From Parafilimonas sp. (GTDB lineage Bacteria > Bacteroidota > Bacteroidia > Chitinophagales > Chitinophagaceae), in the NCBI GenBank assembly GCA_017856455.1, contig JAFMEZ010000001.1, forward strand, positions 10,439 to 74,438: DNA of 64,000 nt, written 5' to 3'. A program made the translations under genes and the position numbers. The notes under the pieces are model-generated. The model did not search any database, was not told the origin of the DNA, and saw only the letters and a program-made list of their open reading frames with translations. Below are positions 39,553-49,306 of the stretch, one piece after another; positions within the stretch are counted from its first letter, which is position 1, and each line of letters opens with the position of its first letter.

Positions 39553-40785
39553 ATGAAGAAATTAATCTTATTTCTGGCAATTGGATTCTCTGCATTTGTT
39601 TCAAACGCAGTGAAAGCTCAACGACATATTTTGCCTGGAGCAACTGACACGCCTTCATATATTCATTTGCTAAAAGGTAAAAAAATTGCTGTTTTTGCTA
39701 ATCAAACTTCAATGGTTGGTGAAAAGCATTTGGTAGATCATTTGATTCATCAAAATATAGAAGTAAAAAAAATATTCGGACCAGAACATGGATTCCGTGG
39801 AGTTGCAGATGCTGGTGAAAAAGTTGGAAATTATACCGATGCTAAAACCGGGATTCCAGTTATTTCACTTTATGGAGCAAAACATAAACCTTCCAAAGAA
39901 GATCTAGCAGATATAGATATTATAGTTTTTGATATTCAAGATGTTGGCGTTAGGTTTTACACGTTTATTTCATCTTTACAGGAATTGATGGAAGCTGCTT
40001 TTCTTTATCAAAAGCCAATGGTGGTATTGGACCGTCCCAATCCAAATGGACACTATGTAGATGGTCCTGTTCTCGATACAGCGTTTAAATCTTTTGTTGG
40101 GATGCAACCGGTTCCTGTAGTTTATGGGATGACGATTGGTGAATATGCAAAAATGTTGGTTGGTGAACGTTGGATTGATCCTCAATCAATGAGTGCCTAT
40201 GACATGATGAAATTAAGCGGTATTGAACCTCTAATAGTAATTGCATGTAAAAATTATAAAAGGTCAGACGTATATGATCTTCCAGTGAAACCTTCACCAA
40301 ATTTACCAGGACTTTCATCCATTTATTGGTATCCTTCAACATGCTTTTTTGAAGGAACGGTTCTGAGTGAAGGCAGGGGAACTGGAATGCCTTTTCAAGT
40401 ATTTGGACATCCATCACTCTCTAAAAATTTATTCAGTTTTACACCTACCAGTATGCCTGGCGCAACCAATCCAAAGTTGAAAGACCAATTATGCTATGGT
40501 TGGAATGTAAGTGCAGATCCTGATGAAGTCAGAAAAAAAATTGATGGAAGAATCCATATTGAATATGTATTGGAAGCATACCGTCAGTTTCCAGAAAAGG
40601 ATAAATTTTTTATACTGCCTAAGTCAGGTGAAGCACGTGGATCATTCTTTAATAAGCTTGCTGGGAATGATATACTGATGAAACAGATGCAACAGGGAAT
40701 GAGTGCAGAGGAAATCAGAAATTCCTGGGAGCCAGGATTAGTCGCTTTTAAGAGAATTAGACAGAAGTATCTGCTATATAAGTAA
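39553..40785 (+). CDS. namZ: Exo-beta-N-acetylmuramidase NamZ family (DUF1343)
   Basis: PEHGFRG, DIQDVGVRFYT, LDRPNP, PSPNL, SEGRGT. Confidence 0.88.
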   Translation: MKKLILFLAIGFSAFVSNAVKAQRHILPGATDTPSYIHLLKGKKIAVFANQTSMVGEKHLVDHLIHQNIEVKKIFGPEHGFRGVADAGEKVGNYTDAKTGIPVISLYGAKHKPSKEDLADIDIIVFDIQDVGVRFYTFISSLQELMEAAFLYQKPMVVLDRPNPNGHYVDGPVLDTAFKSFVGMQPVPVVYGMTIGEYAKMLVGERWIDPQSMSAYDMMKLSGIEPLIVIACKNYKRSDVYDLPVKPSPNLPGLSSIYWYPSTCFFEGTVLSEGRGTGMPFQVFGHPSLSKNLFSFTPTSMPGATNPKLKDQLCYGWNVSADPDEVRKKIDGRIHIEYVLEAYRQFPEKDKFFILPKSGEARGSFFNKLAGNDILMKQMQQGMSAEEIRNSWEPGLVAFKRIRQKYLLYK

Positions 40786-40793
40786 TTTTGCAC

Positions 40794-41732
40794 ATGCCCG
40801 ATTTGAAGGATTGTAAAATTGTATTTTTAGGAACACCCGTTTTCGCTGTTGCCATTTTAGACAAATTAATTCAAGAGGGATGTAATGTTGTAGGTGTTGT
40901 AACCGCTCCAGACAAACCTGCAGGAAGAGGGATGCAATTGTCTCAGAGCGCAGTAAAAAAGTATGCAGTTGAAAAAGGATTGCATGTTCTTCAGCCCGAG
41001 AAACTCAAAGATCCAATTTTTATTGAAGAGCTTAGATCATTGCATGCAGATATTCAGGTAGTGGTTGCTTTTAGAATGCTTCCTGAAATTGTTTGGAATA
41101 TGCCTACGATGGGCACCATCAATTTACATGCTTCATTGTTGCCGCAATATCGAGGAGCTGCTCCAATCAATTGGGCGATTATCAATGGTGAGAAAGAGAC
41201 AGGAATTACAACGTTTAAACTCAAGCATGAAATTGATACAGGCGACATATTGCTAAAAGAGAAGATTGCAATTGGTCAATCAGAAAATGCAGGTTCATTG
41301 CATGATAGAATGATGGAGGCTGGCGCATTGTTGGTTTTTAAAACACTTAAGGGTTACTGTGAAGGAACAATAAAGCCTATGTCGCAGCAGTTAGAAAATA
41401 ATGAGCACCATATATCTCCCGCTCTAAAAATTCAGACTGCTACTTGTCAAATTGACTGGAATACAGATGCTGTTCGAGTTTACAATTTGATTAGAGGACT
41501 TTCTCCATATCCCGGAGCATTTACATACATCAATGGGAAAATGATAAAGGTGTATGAGGCGTCATTTGAACTTGCGAAACATCAACAAACAAATGGAGCA
41601 ATAGAAACGGACGGTAAAACATTTCTAAAATATGCAACAACAGATGGCTGGGTGTTTTTGAAAGAGGTGCAGCTAGAAGGTAAAAAACGAATGGATATTT
41701 CCTCCTTTTTAAAAGGCTACAGATTTAATTAA
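40794..41732 (+). CDS. fmt: Methionyl-tRNA formyltransferase
   Basis: FLGTP.FA, PDKPAGRG, NLHASLLPQYRGAAPI, IRGLSPYPGA. Confidence 0.97.
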   Translation: MPDLKDCKIVFLGTPVFAVAILDKLIQEGCNVVGVVTAPDKPAGRGMQLSQSAVKKYAVEKGLHVLQPEKLKDPIFIEELRSLHADIQVVVAFRMLPEIVWNMPTMGTINLHASLLPQYRGAAPINWAIINGEKETGITTFKLKHEIDTGDILLKEKIAIGQSENAGSLHDRMMEAGALLVFKTLKGYCEGTIKPMSQQLENNEHHISPALKIQTATCQIDWNTDAVRVYNLIRGLSPYPGAFTYINGKMIKVYEASFELAKHQQTNGAIETDGKTFLKYATTDGWVFLKEVQLEGKKRMDISSFLKGYRFN

Positions 41733-41734
41733 AC

Positions 41735-42979
41735 ATGTCACATATTTCTCCCCTTGCTGAAAGATTCATGCGCTATGTGAAGATCGATACTCAAAGCGAC
41801 CCAGATAGCGTATCATATCCTTCCACTGAAAAACAAAAAAATTTATCTTCTTTATTGGTGAATGAATTAAAGGAGATGGGGTGGAATGATGTATTGATGG
41901 ATGAGTGGGGGTATGTAATTGCAACGATCCCTTCAAATTCAAAAAAAGAAGTCCCTGTTATATGCTTTTGCTCACATGTTGATACTGCGCCTGATTGTAG
42001 TGGAAGCAATGTGATACCTATTCTCCATTCAAAGTATGACGGATCTGATATTGTATTACCTGATGACATTAAGCAAATCATCACCACCAAAGAACACCCT
42101 TATCTCTTAAAAAAAATTGGAGATGATATTATTACTGCCAGCGGAAAAACACTTTTGGGTGCAGATGATAAAGCAGGTGTTGCCATTATTATGCAACTTG
42201 CAAAATTTTTAAAGCAACATCCGGAAATCCCACATGGCGAAATAAAAATATTATTTACACCTGATGAAGAAGTTGGAAGAGGTGTTGAGCATTTAGACGT
42301 AAAGAAGCTTGGAGCAAATTTTGCTTATACGCTAGATGGCGGAGAACTTGGATCTTTGGAATCTGAAACTTTTTCGGCCGACGGACTTGAATTGGAAATA
42401 CATGGGGTGATAGCTCATCCTGGTGCAGCAAAAGGCAAATTGGTGAATGCTATCAAACTTGCATCCATGATCATCGAACAGTTGCCAAAGCATGAACTTT
42501 CTCCCGAGGTTACAGAGGGCCGTGATGGTTTTATTCATCCAACTGATATTCGGGGAACAGCAGAAAAAGCATCCATTAAATTTATTCTAAGAGACTTCGA
42601 CGCTTCAAAACTTTCATTCTATGCTTCGATTATAGAAAATACTGCAAGAAAAGTTGTAGAATTATTCCCACATTCCAAATATCAAATCAAATGTTTTGAA
42701 CAATATCGTAACATGAGACAGGTATTGGATAGTTATCCTGATGTTGTGCGATTTGCTGAGCAAGCAATGAGAAAGTGTGGTATAGAGCCAATCCAACTTC
42801 CAGTCAGAGGTGGAACTGACGGTTCGAGGTTGTCTTTCATGGGACTCCCTTGTCCAAATATTTTCACTGGTGAGATGGCATTACACTCAGTGCAAGAGTA
42901 TGTGAGTGTTCAAGATATGGAAAAATCCATGCAAGTGCTGGTCGAGCTGATACAGATATGGGAATCATCTGCGAAGTGA
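41735..42979 (+). CDS. pepT: Peptidase T (tripeptide aminopeptidase, M20B)
   Basis: SHVDT, LGADDKAG, PDEEVGRG, YTLDGG, RGGTDG. Confidence 0.96.
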   Translation: MSHISPLAERFMRYVKIDTQSDPDSVSYPSTEKQKNLSSLLVNELKEMGWNDVLMDEWGYVIATIPSNSKKEVPVICFCSHVDTAPDCSGSNVIPILHSKYDGSDIVLPDDIKQIITTKEHPYLLKKIGDDIITASGKTLLGADDKAGVAIIMQLAKFLKQHPEIPHGEIKILFTPDEEVGRGVEHLDVKKLGANFAYTLDGGELGSLESETFSADGLELEIHGVIAHPGAAKGKLVNAIKLASMIIEQLPKHELSPEVTEGRDGFIHPTDIRGTAEKASIKFILRDFDASKLSFYASIIENTARKVVELFPHSKYQIKCFEQYRNMRQVLDSYPDVVRFAEQAMRKCGIEPIQLPVRGGTDGSRLSFMGLPCPNIFTGEMALHSVQEYVSVQDMEKSMQVLVELIQIWESSAK

Positions 42980-43040
42980 ATAACTTTATGACAGTATTAG
43001 TAAAAGATTTTCGAACTTTCACTCTCTTCAAATTGAATAT

Positions 43041-43694
43041 ATGATGATATATTTCCTCCAAGTTTCAAAGCAAATGAATTTATGGACGATGTTGCAGTCT
43101 GGTGGAGCTTTGATGATTCCATTGGGAATTTTATTTATTGTTGCTTTGTTTTTCTTTTTTGAAAGATATATCGCCATAAAAAAGGCAGGAAAGCTAGATG
43201 ATAATTTCATGAAGATCATTCGCGATCATATTGCTTCAGGGAATATAGCAGCAGCAAAAACAACTACAAAGAATACTGATCATCCGGTTGCCCGTATTAT
43301 AGATAAAGGGATTCAAAGAATGGGTAAACCAATTGATGCTATTGAAAGGAGTATGGAAAGTGTAGCCAGATTGGAAATGTATAATTTGGAAAGAAATCTT
43401 AGCGTTTTGAGCGTTATTTCTAGAGCAGCTCCAATTTTTGGATTTGTAGGAACTTTAGCAGGACTCATGCAGTTATTTTTTGATATCAACACGACGGGTG
43501 AATTTGTATTGAATACAATTGCAGGTGGATTATATGTAAAATTGGTAACATCTATAACCGGACTCGTAATTGGGTTGCTTTCATTTCTTGGGTTTAGCTT
43601 TTTGCATACTCAAATTGATAAAACAGCAAATAAAATGGAAGTGGCTGCTGCAGACTTTTTAGATATCCTTCAAGATCCAAACAACAACGCTTAA
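43041..43694 (+). CDS. exbB: MotA/TolQ/ExbB proton channel protein
   Basis: AAPIFGFVGTLAG, IAGG...LVTS..GL, three TM segments. Confidence 0.88.
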   Translation: MMIYFLQVSKQMNLWTMLQSGGALMIPLGILFIVALFFFFERYIAIKKAGKLDDNFMKIIRDHIASGNIAAAKTTTKNTDHPVARIIDKGIQRMGKPIDAIERSMESVARLEMYNLERNLSVLSVISRAAPIFGFVGTLAGLMQLFFDINTTGEFVLNTIAGGLYVKLVTSITGLVIGLLSFLGFSFLHTQIDKTANKMEVAAADFLDILQDPNNNA

Positions 43695-43698
43695 GGAA

Positions 43699-44097
43699 AT
43701 GCAGATAAGGAAAAAATATACTGGTGAGGCTGAAGTATTTACAGAGGCGTTGAATGATATCTTATTTATCTTGTTGATGTTCTTCCTAATTGTATCTACA
43801 CTTGCTAATCCAAATGTCATCAAACTCTCACAGCCCAAGTCAAATGGCGATTCTAAGGCAAAGCAAAATGTTGTGATTTCTATTGATGCAAACAAACAAT
43901 ACTTTATAGGAACAACTCCCGTTCCTCTCGACTCAATTCAGTTTGCTCTTCAACCTATTCTTGATAAAGAAAAAACTGAAATTCCAACAGTCGTGATCAA
44001 TGCTGATAAATCAGTTGAAATTGATGCTGTCGTCAATGTGATGAAAATTTCAAAAAATCTTGGTGCCAAAACAGTACTCTCAGTTGAGAAAGAGTAA
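43699..44097 (+). CDS. exbD: ExbD/TolR family protein
   Basis: LNDILFILLMFFLI TM with conserved Asp; INADK. Confidence 0.9.
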   Translation: MQIRKKYTGEAEVFTEALNDILFILLMFFLIVSTLANPNVIKLSQPKSNGDSKAKQNVVISIDANKQYFIGTTPVPLDSIQFALQPILDKEKTEIPTVVINADKSVEIDAVVNVMKISKNLGAKTVLSVEKE

Positions 44098-44979
44098 TTA
44101 AAGGGAAGCACCTGTTCTTTTTGCCCAAACAATTCTGTCCTTTCCTTGTAAATCTTTGATCAATTTTACATGTTCAAAATCGTTTGATTCAAGAAGATTT
44201 TTTACATCATGTGCATATTTTTCATGTGTTTCAAAAAAAAGTAATCCCCCTCGCAACAGATGATGTGCTGAAAAATCAATGATGGCTTTATAAAATTCAA
44301 GTGGATCATTATTGGTTACAAAAAGGGCCTCTTTTGGTTCATGTTCAATAACATTTTTACTGAGTTCAGTTGCTTCTTTAGGAAGAATGTATGGTGGGTT
44401 ACTCACAATGAAATTGAATGCCGGCAGTGAATCATTTTTTGATTCACTGAGGATATCTGTTTGCCGAAACATTATATGTGTTACCAGTGCTTCAGCATTT
44501 TCTTTGGCAACATTCAATGCATCTGAACTTTTGTCAATTGCCCAAACTTCACAAAAGGGTACTGCTTTCTTTATTGATATGGCAATGCATCCAGACCCTG
44601 TGCCAATATCTATTAGTTTACATGATTGATCAAGTGTTGAAACAGTTTGCTTGATTTCATGCAAAATCAATTCAACCAGTTCTTCAGTTTCAGGCCGAGG
44701 GATCAAAACACTTTCATTGACTTTAAAAAACATATTTTGAAACCAAGATCCTCCCAGCACATACTGCACTGGTCTTCCGTTTTGTAATTCGGATAAGTAT
44801 TGATCAAAAAGTATTTCTTGATTATCTGTAAAGGATGCATCGTGATGTATCAGTCTTTGTGTTCTTGAATAGCCGGTTATTGACTCCATGACCATTTCGG
44901 CGATTTGAGAAGATTCTCTAGCGCCATATAATGACTGTAAATGATGTTGAATTGCCTGGTAAGCTTCTTTGATAAGCAT
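44098..44979 (-). CDS. prmC: Release factor glutamine methyltransferase
   Basis: PVQYVLG, VLIPRPETEELV, DIGTGSGCIA, SNPPY. Confidence 0.97.
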   Translation of the reverse strand: MLIKEAYQAIQHHLQSLYGARESSQIAEMVMESITGYSRTQRLIHHDASFTDNQEILFDQYLSELQNGRPVQYVLGGSWFQNMFFKVNESVLIPRPETEELVELILHEIKQTVSTLDQSCKLIDIGTGSGCIAISIKKAVPFCEVWAIDKSSDALNVAKENAEALVTHIMFRQTDILSESKNDSLPAFNFIVSNPPYILPKEATELSKNVIEHEPKEALFVTNNDPLEFYKAIIDFSAHHLLRGGLLFFETHEKYAHDVKNLLESNDFEHVKLIKDLQGKDRIVWAKRTGASL

Positions 44980-45033
44980 CAGCCAAAAGTAAAACATTTA
45001 ACTTTGGTCAGTTTGCGAAAAAATAGTTTGTGA

Positions 45034-45648
45034 ATGACTGACCAACATTATTACAATTGTATAGACAATAAGGTCTCTGCTGAGTTTATGGATCGTGGGA
45101 GCCGTTTCATCGCATATGCTTTCCCTGTAGAATCAATAGAAGCTTTCAAGGCGTTATTGAATGAGGTAAAAAAAATACATCCAAAAGCATCTCATTATTG
45201 TTTTGCTTATCGAATTGGACACGATGGAGCTGTCTATAGAGTATCGGATGCAGGAGAGCCTTCAGGAAGTGCTGGAAGACCAATTCTTGGACAAATTGAT
45301 GCTCGTCAATTGACCAATACGCTTGTAGTTGTAGTGCGATATTTTGGAGGAACATTATTAGGAGTGCCTGGATTGATCAATGCATATAAAAGCAGTACCT
45401 CTATGGCTTTACAATTAACGCCGATTTCCAGAAAGAAAATCGAAGTCAATTATGAACTGCAATTTGATTATACTGTAATGAATGATGTGATGACAACAGT
45501 AAAAAAGTTTGAATGCTCAGTTTTGAAACAAGATCAGCAGTTGTTTTCAATAATCACGATTGGCGTGCCAAAAATCTTTGAAGAAGAGGTATTGCGTAAA
45601 CTGGGTGAAATTCATGGACTTGAAATAAAAAAAGCGATTCAAAAGTGA
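45034..45648 (+). CDS. YigZ/IMPACT family protein
   Basis: GSRFIA, ASHYCFAY, DAGEPSGSAG.PIL, VRYFGGTLLG..GLI.AY. Confidence 0.93.
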   Translation: MTDQHYYNCIDNKVSAEFMDRGSRFIAYAFPVESIEAFKALLNEVKKIHPKASHYCFAYRIGHDGAVYRVSDAGEPSGSAGRPILGQIDARQLTNTLVVVVRYFGGTLLGVPGLINAYKSSTSMALQLTPISRKKIEVNYELQFDYTVMNDVMTTVKKFECSVLKQDQQLFSIITIGVPKIFEEEVLRKLGEIHGLEIKKAIQK

Positions 45649-45658
45649 ATCGCTTTTT
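45629..45658. terminator. Bidirectional intrinsic terminator
   Basis: AAAAAGCGATTCA-aaag-TGAATCGCTTTTT between convergent genes. Confidence 0.82.
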
Positions 45659-45677
45659 AAATATTATTTCATTTGCT

Positions 45678-46418
45678 TTAATGCATGTGTTCCTCATCAA
45701 CTAATATTCTACCACAGTTCTCACATACAATGATTTTTTTATGCTGACGAATCTCGCTTTGACGTTGAGGTGGTATTGCATTATAACATCCGCCACAAGC
45801 ATCTCTTAATACAGGCACAACAGCTTTGCCATTCCTGAAATTCTTTCTGATTCTATCGAAAGAAGTTAATAAACGTTGATCTACCGCGGCTCTTGCTTTG
45901 TCTGAATGTGCTCTGAATTCTTGCTCTTCTTTTTCAGTTTCTGCAATGATTTTATCCAATTCACCTTTCTTTACTTTCAGATTTGCATCTTTGTTAGCGA
46001 TGTTCTTCTTCACCTGATCCAATACACGTGCTTTATCTGCAATTTCTTCGTTGGCATCCTTGATGTGTCGCTCTGCTAATTTTACTTCAAGTGTCTGCAT
46101 TTCCAATTCCTTGGTTATGGCCTCATATTCCCTGTTGTTCTTGACATTATCACTCTGCTTTTCATATTTTTTGATCAGCTCTTGAGATTGAGTGATTGCT
46201 GCTTTCTTCTGTTCAATGAAATCGTTGATTCCATTGATTTCTTCTTCAATTCTTGTTTCTCTCGAGTGAAGACCCTGAATTTCATCTTCAAGATCACGTA
46301 CTTCGATAGGAAGTTCTCCTTTCAAAATCGCTATATCGTCTAGTTTGCTCTCAACTTTCTGAAGATTAGCAAGTGCGATGAGTTTTTCCTCTAATGAATA
46401 TTCTTTAACGGTTGCCAT
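45678..46418 (-). CDS. Coiled-coil protein with C4-type zinc ribbon (DUF164/CT398-like)
   Basis: Long coiled coil, then CGGC...CENCGRIL. Confidence 0.9.
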   Translation of the reverse strand: MATVKEYSLEEKLIALANLQKVESKLDDIAILKGELPIEVRDLEDEIQGLHSRETRIEEEINGINDFIEQKKAAITQSQELIKKYEKQSDNVKNNREYEAITKELEMQTLEVKLAERHIKDANEEIADKARVLDQVKKNIANKDANLKVKKGELDKIIAETEKEEQEFRAHSDKARAAVDQRLLTSFDRIRKNFRNGKAVVPVLRDACGGCYNAIPPQRQSEIRQHKKIIVCENCGRILVDEEHMH

Positions 46419-46424
46419 AATGAG

Positions 46425-47525
46425 TTATAAAAAATAGTTGACCGGATTGGTTTTGCGGGCTGATTTAAGGACGGCAAAGGTAGGGAATTTTTTGTTTAAC
46501 ATCCTTGCTAGTAGGTCCGATGTATATTGTTCACTTTCAAAGTGTCCGATGTCCGCCAGTAACATATTATCAGCTGGAATGAAAAAGTCGTGGTAACCCA
46601 AGTCAGCTGTGACATATGAATCTGCATTAATTTGTAATGCATTGTTTATCAATGATTTACCAGATCCTCCACAAATAGCAATGCGTTTTATTTTTCTTTT
46701 AGGCCCATTATTGTGCCTGATGACACCTGTATGGAATGTGTCCTTTAGAAACCTTAAAAAGTCATTTGCTTCCATAGGATAAGGCAAGTCGCCATATGCT
46801 CCAGCCCCAATTTCATTAAATTCATTTGCCAGAGGCATGATGTCATATGCCACTGTTTCATATGGATGGCTGGCATGCATGGCAGACAAGATTTGAAACT
46901 TAAGGTGGATAGGGAAGATTAATTCAATTTTAATTTCTGCGGTATTTTCTCTTTTGCCCAATGACCCTATAAATGGGTTGGCGCCTTCCAGTGGTTTGAA
47001 GGTTCCAATACCCTCTGAATTAAAACTGCATTCGCTGTAATTTCCAATTGAGCCGCCACCTGCATCAAAAAGGGCTGATTTTAGTTTTTCTTCATGTTCT
47101 TTAGGTACGTAAACAACAAGTTTTTGGTGGGTATGCTGCAATGGAGATAAAACCTTGACGTTCTGTAATCCGATCCTTTCTGAAATCTCACCATTAACGC
47201 CCCAAATCACGTTATCAAGATTGGTATGTATGGCATAAACAGCAATACCATGTTGAATAGCTTTAATCAACATTGCAGTTGTAGTATTGTTTCCATCCAG
47301 CTTCTTGAGGGGTTTGAAAATTGGGGGGTGATGAACAATAATGAGATTAAATTTTTTTTCAATCGCCTCATTCATGATTTCGATTGTAAGATCAAGTGAA
47401 GTTAATGCACCTGAACAGGGCGCATTTCTATCACCACAAACGAGGCCTGCATTATCATAAGATTCTTGCAGTGATAGCGGTGCCTTTGTTTCTAAAAAGT
47501 TAATTATCTCTCCAATTGTTGGCAT
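46425..47525 (-). CDS. Nif3-like dinuclear metal-centre protein (YqfO/YbgI) with PII-like insert
   Basis: QESYDNAGL, HHP, HTNLD, HPYE, GHFESE. Confidence 0.93.
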   Translation of the reverse strand: MPTIGEIINFLETKAPLSLQESYDNAGLVCGDRNAPCSGALTSLDLTIEIMNEAIEKKFNLIIVHHPPIFKPLKKLDGNNTTTAMLIKAIQHGIAVYAIHTNLDNVIWGVNGEISERIGLQNVKVLSPLQHTHQKLVVYVPKEHEEKLKSALFDAGGGSIGNYSECSFNSEGIGTFKPLEGANPFIGSLGKRENTAEIKIELIFPIHLKFQILSAMHASHPYETVAYDIMPLANEFNEIGAGAYGDLPYPMEANDFLRFLKDTFHTGVIRHNNGPKRKIKRIAICGGSGKSLINNALQINADSYVTADLGYHDFFIPADNMLLADIGHFESEQYTSDLLARMLNKKFPTFAVLKSARKTNPVNYFL

Positions 47526-47570
47526 TTGTGTAGGATTTATAAAAATTGAAATTACTTTACTTTCCTATTT

Positions 47571-48374
47571 ATGAAGAAGATCTTATTGGTTTTGTTTTTC
47601 GGGATTTGTTTTTTCCATTTTGAGGGATTCTCACAAAAGCTTGAGCATGATTGGGAAAATTATGTGGTTTCAATTAAGGATAAGCCTGTTTCAATCAATG
47701 TCGATTTAGGTTTAAAGCCAGCAGTTCCTGTGATCGATTTGCCATTGGTTATTATCGTTAGACTCAAATTGAAACAACCTAATGCATTTGGAATGCCAGA
47801 ACAGGATGAGTTGGGTCAATTAGATCTTTTGGAAGAAAAATTGGTTGCATCACTCTCAAGAGGTCAGGGGGCCTTGTATGTAGGCAGATTTACACAAAGA
47901 GGTATCAGGGAATTTTATTTTTATACCAACGATACGCTTGGTTATAGGGGAACCATATATAGCGCATTTGAAGTGTTTAGCCAGTACGAATGGCTCGCAC
48001 AAGCTAAAAAGGATCAAGATTGGCAAAACTATCTTTCCGTATTGTACCCCTCAGCATCAGAAAAGTTGATGATCGATGGAAGAAGGAAGTTGGCCATATA
48101 TCAGTCAAAAAACGTCAACCTAACCAAAGTTTCCATCTCTCATTTTTTTGAATTCGCAAAAGAAGATGCTTGTAAAAAATTTCTTCAAAGCGAAGTATGT
48201 TCAAAATTTACTGTAAATCAACTGTTTAAAAAACCAGATGGATCTGCATTTTCATTGGTTCTTTATGTCTCCACTACTGTGAATCGTGAGTGGCTTGAAA
48301 AGACAATCCCCGTTTTATTTTCAGAATCAAAAAAGCATGGTGGCTTATACAAAGGTTGGGAGATTGATCAATGA
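47571..48374 (+). CDS. DUF695-like protein with signal peptide
   Basis: W..Y......P.SI.VDL, G.P...E...L..LE, G.REFYFY, D..W..Y...LYP. Confidence 0.6.
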   Translation: MKKILLVLFFGICFFHFEGFSQKLEHDWENYVVSIKDKPVSINVDLGLKPAVPVIDLPLVIIVRLKLKQPNAFGMPEQDELGQLDLLEEKLVASLSRGQGALYVGRFTQRGIREFYFYTNDTLGYRGTIYSAFEVFSQYEWLAQAKKDQDWQNYLSVLYPSASEKLMIDGRRKLAIYQSKNVNLTKVSISHFFEFAKEDACKKFLQSEVCSKFTVNQLFKKPDGSAFSLVLYVSTTVNREWLEKTIPVLFSESKKHGGLYKGWEIDQ

Positions 48375-48413
48375 GGTTATCTTTGCAACATATCTTAATA
48401 AAAATAAATTACT

Positions 48414-48884
48414 ATGTCAATTCAAAAAGGTCAATCAGCACCAGATTTCAAATTGTTTAATACCGATAAAAAAGAAGTTAGTCTAGGTGATTTTAAAGGA
48501 AAGAACCTGGTGATACTCTTTTTCCCTCAGGCGTTTACTGGAGTTTGTACAACAGAGCTTTGCAGTGTGAGAGATAATCTTAACATTTACACTTCTTTGA
48601 ATGCTGATGTAGTAGGTGTTTCTGTTGATTCAATTTTTACTCTTGCTAAATTCAAAGAAGAACAACAATATAATTTCCCATTGCTTTCTGACTTTAATAA
48701 AACAGTAAGCCAGGCATATGGTGCATTTTATGATGAATTTGTTTTTGGGATGAAAGGTGTTTCAAAAAGGGCAGCTTTTGTCGTTGATCAATCTGGAACT
48801 GTTCAATATGCTGAAGTGTTGGAAAGTGCTGGCGATCTTCCCAATTTTGATGCAATCAAAGAAACATTGTCGTCTTTGAAATAA
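48414..48884 (+). CDS. Peroxiredoxin (AhpE/BCP-like)
   Basis: FFPQAFTGVCTTELC, SVDS, LLSDFN, RAAFVVD; -7 box TATCTTTG upstream. Confidence 0.92.
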   Translation: MSIQKGQSAPDFKLFNTDKKEVSLGDFKGKNLVILFFPQAFTGVCTTELCSVRDNLNIYTSLNADVVGVSVDSIFTLAKFKEEQQYNFPLLSDFNKTVSQAYGAFYDEFVFGMKGVSKRAAFVVDQSGTVQYAEVLESAGDLPNFDAIKETLSSLK

Positions 48885-48905
48885 ATCTGCTAAAAATTAA
48901 TTTTT

Positions 48906-48937
48906 AAAAAGAGTCATGTAAACGCATGGCTCTTTTT
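48906..48937 (+). terminator. Intrinsic terminator after the peroxiredoxin gene
   Basis: AAAAAGAGTCATGT-aaac-GCATGGCTCTTTTT. Confidence 0.78.
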
Positions 48938-48970
48938 TGTGAAAAAGATTAACTTCGATACAGCAGCTTA

Positions 48971-49306
48971 TTGATGAAAAGTACTTTAACCATATTTGCT
49001 CTCCTGTTTTCGCTGGCTTCTTTCAGCCAAGTGAAACGTGTTACGATGAGCGAACATGTAAAAAGAACTGTTATATATCCAAATCCTGCCAGATCTTTTG
49101 TACAACTGCAGTTTAAACAACAAATTCCCGCGCCAGCATTGTTGGTCATTTACAATTTCATTGGCAAAAAGCAGTTAGAGTTGGTCAATCCAGGCAATAA
49201 TGTTTATCTCGATCTTGCTGATTTTAGACGTGGATTGTACATTTTTCAATTCAAGGATAAAAATGGGCAGATCATTGATTCAGGAAAATTTCAGGTAGAG
49301 AAATAA
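48971..49306 (+). CDS. Small protein made of a signal peptide plus a T9SS type-A CTD
   Basis: IYPNPA, IYNFIGK, GLYIF, terminal KFQVEK. Confidence 0.82.
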   Translation: MMKSTLTIFALLFSLASFSQVKRVTMSEHVKRTVIYPNPARSFVQLQFKQQIPAPALLVIYNFIGKKQLELVNPGNNVYLDLADFRRGLYIFQFKDKNGQIIDSGKFQVEK

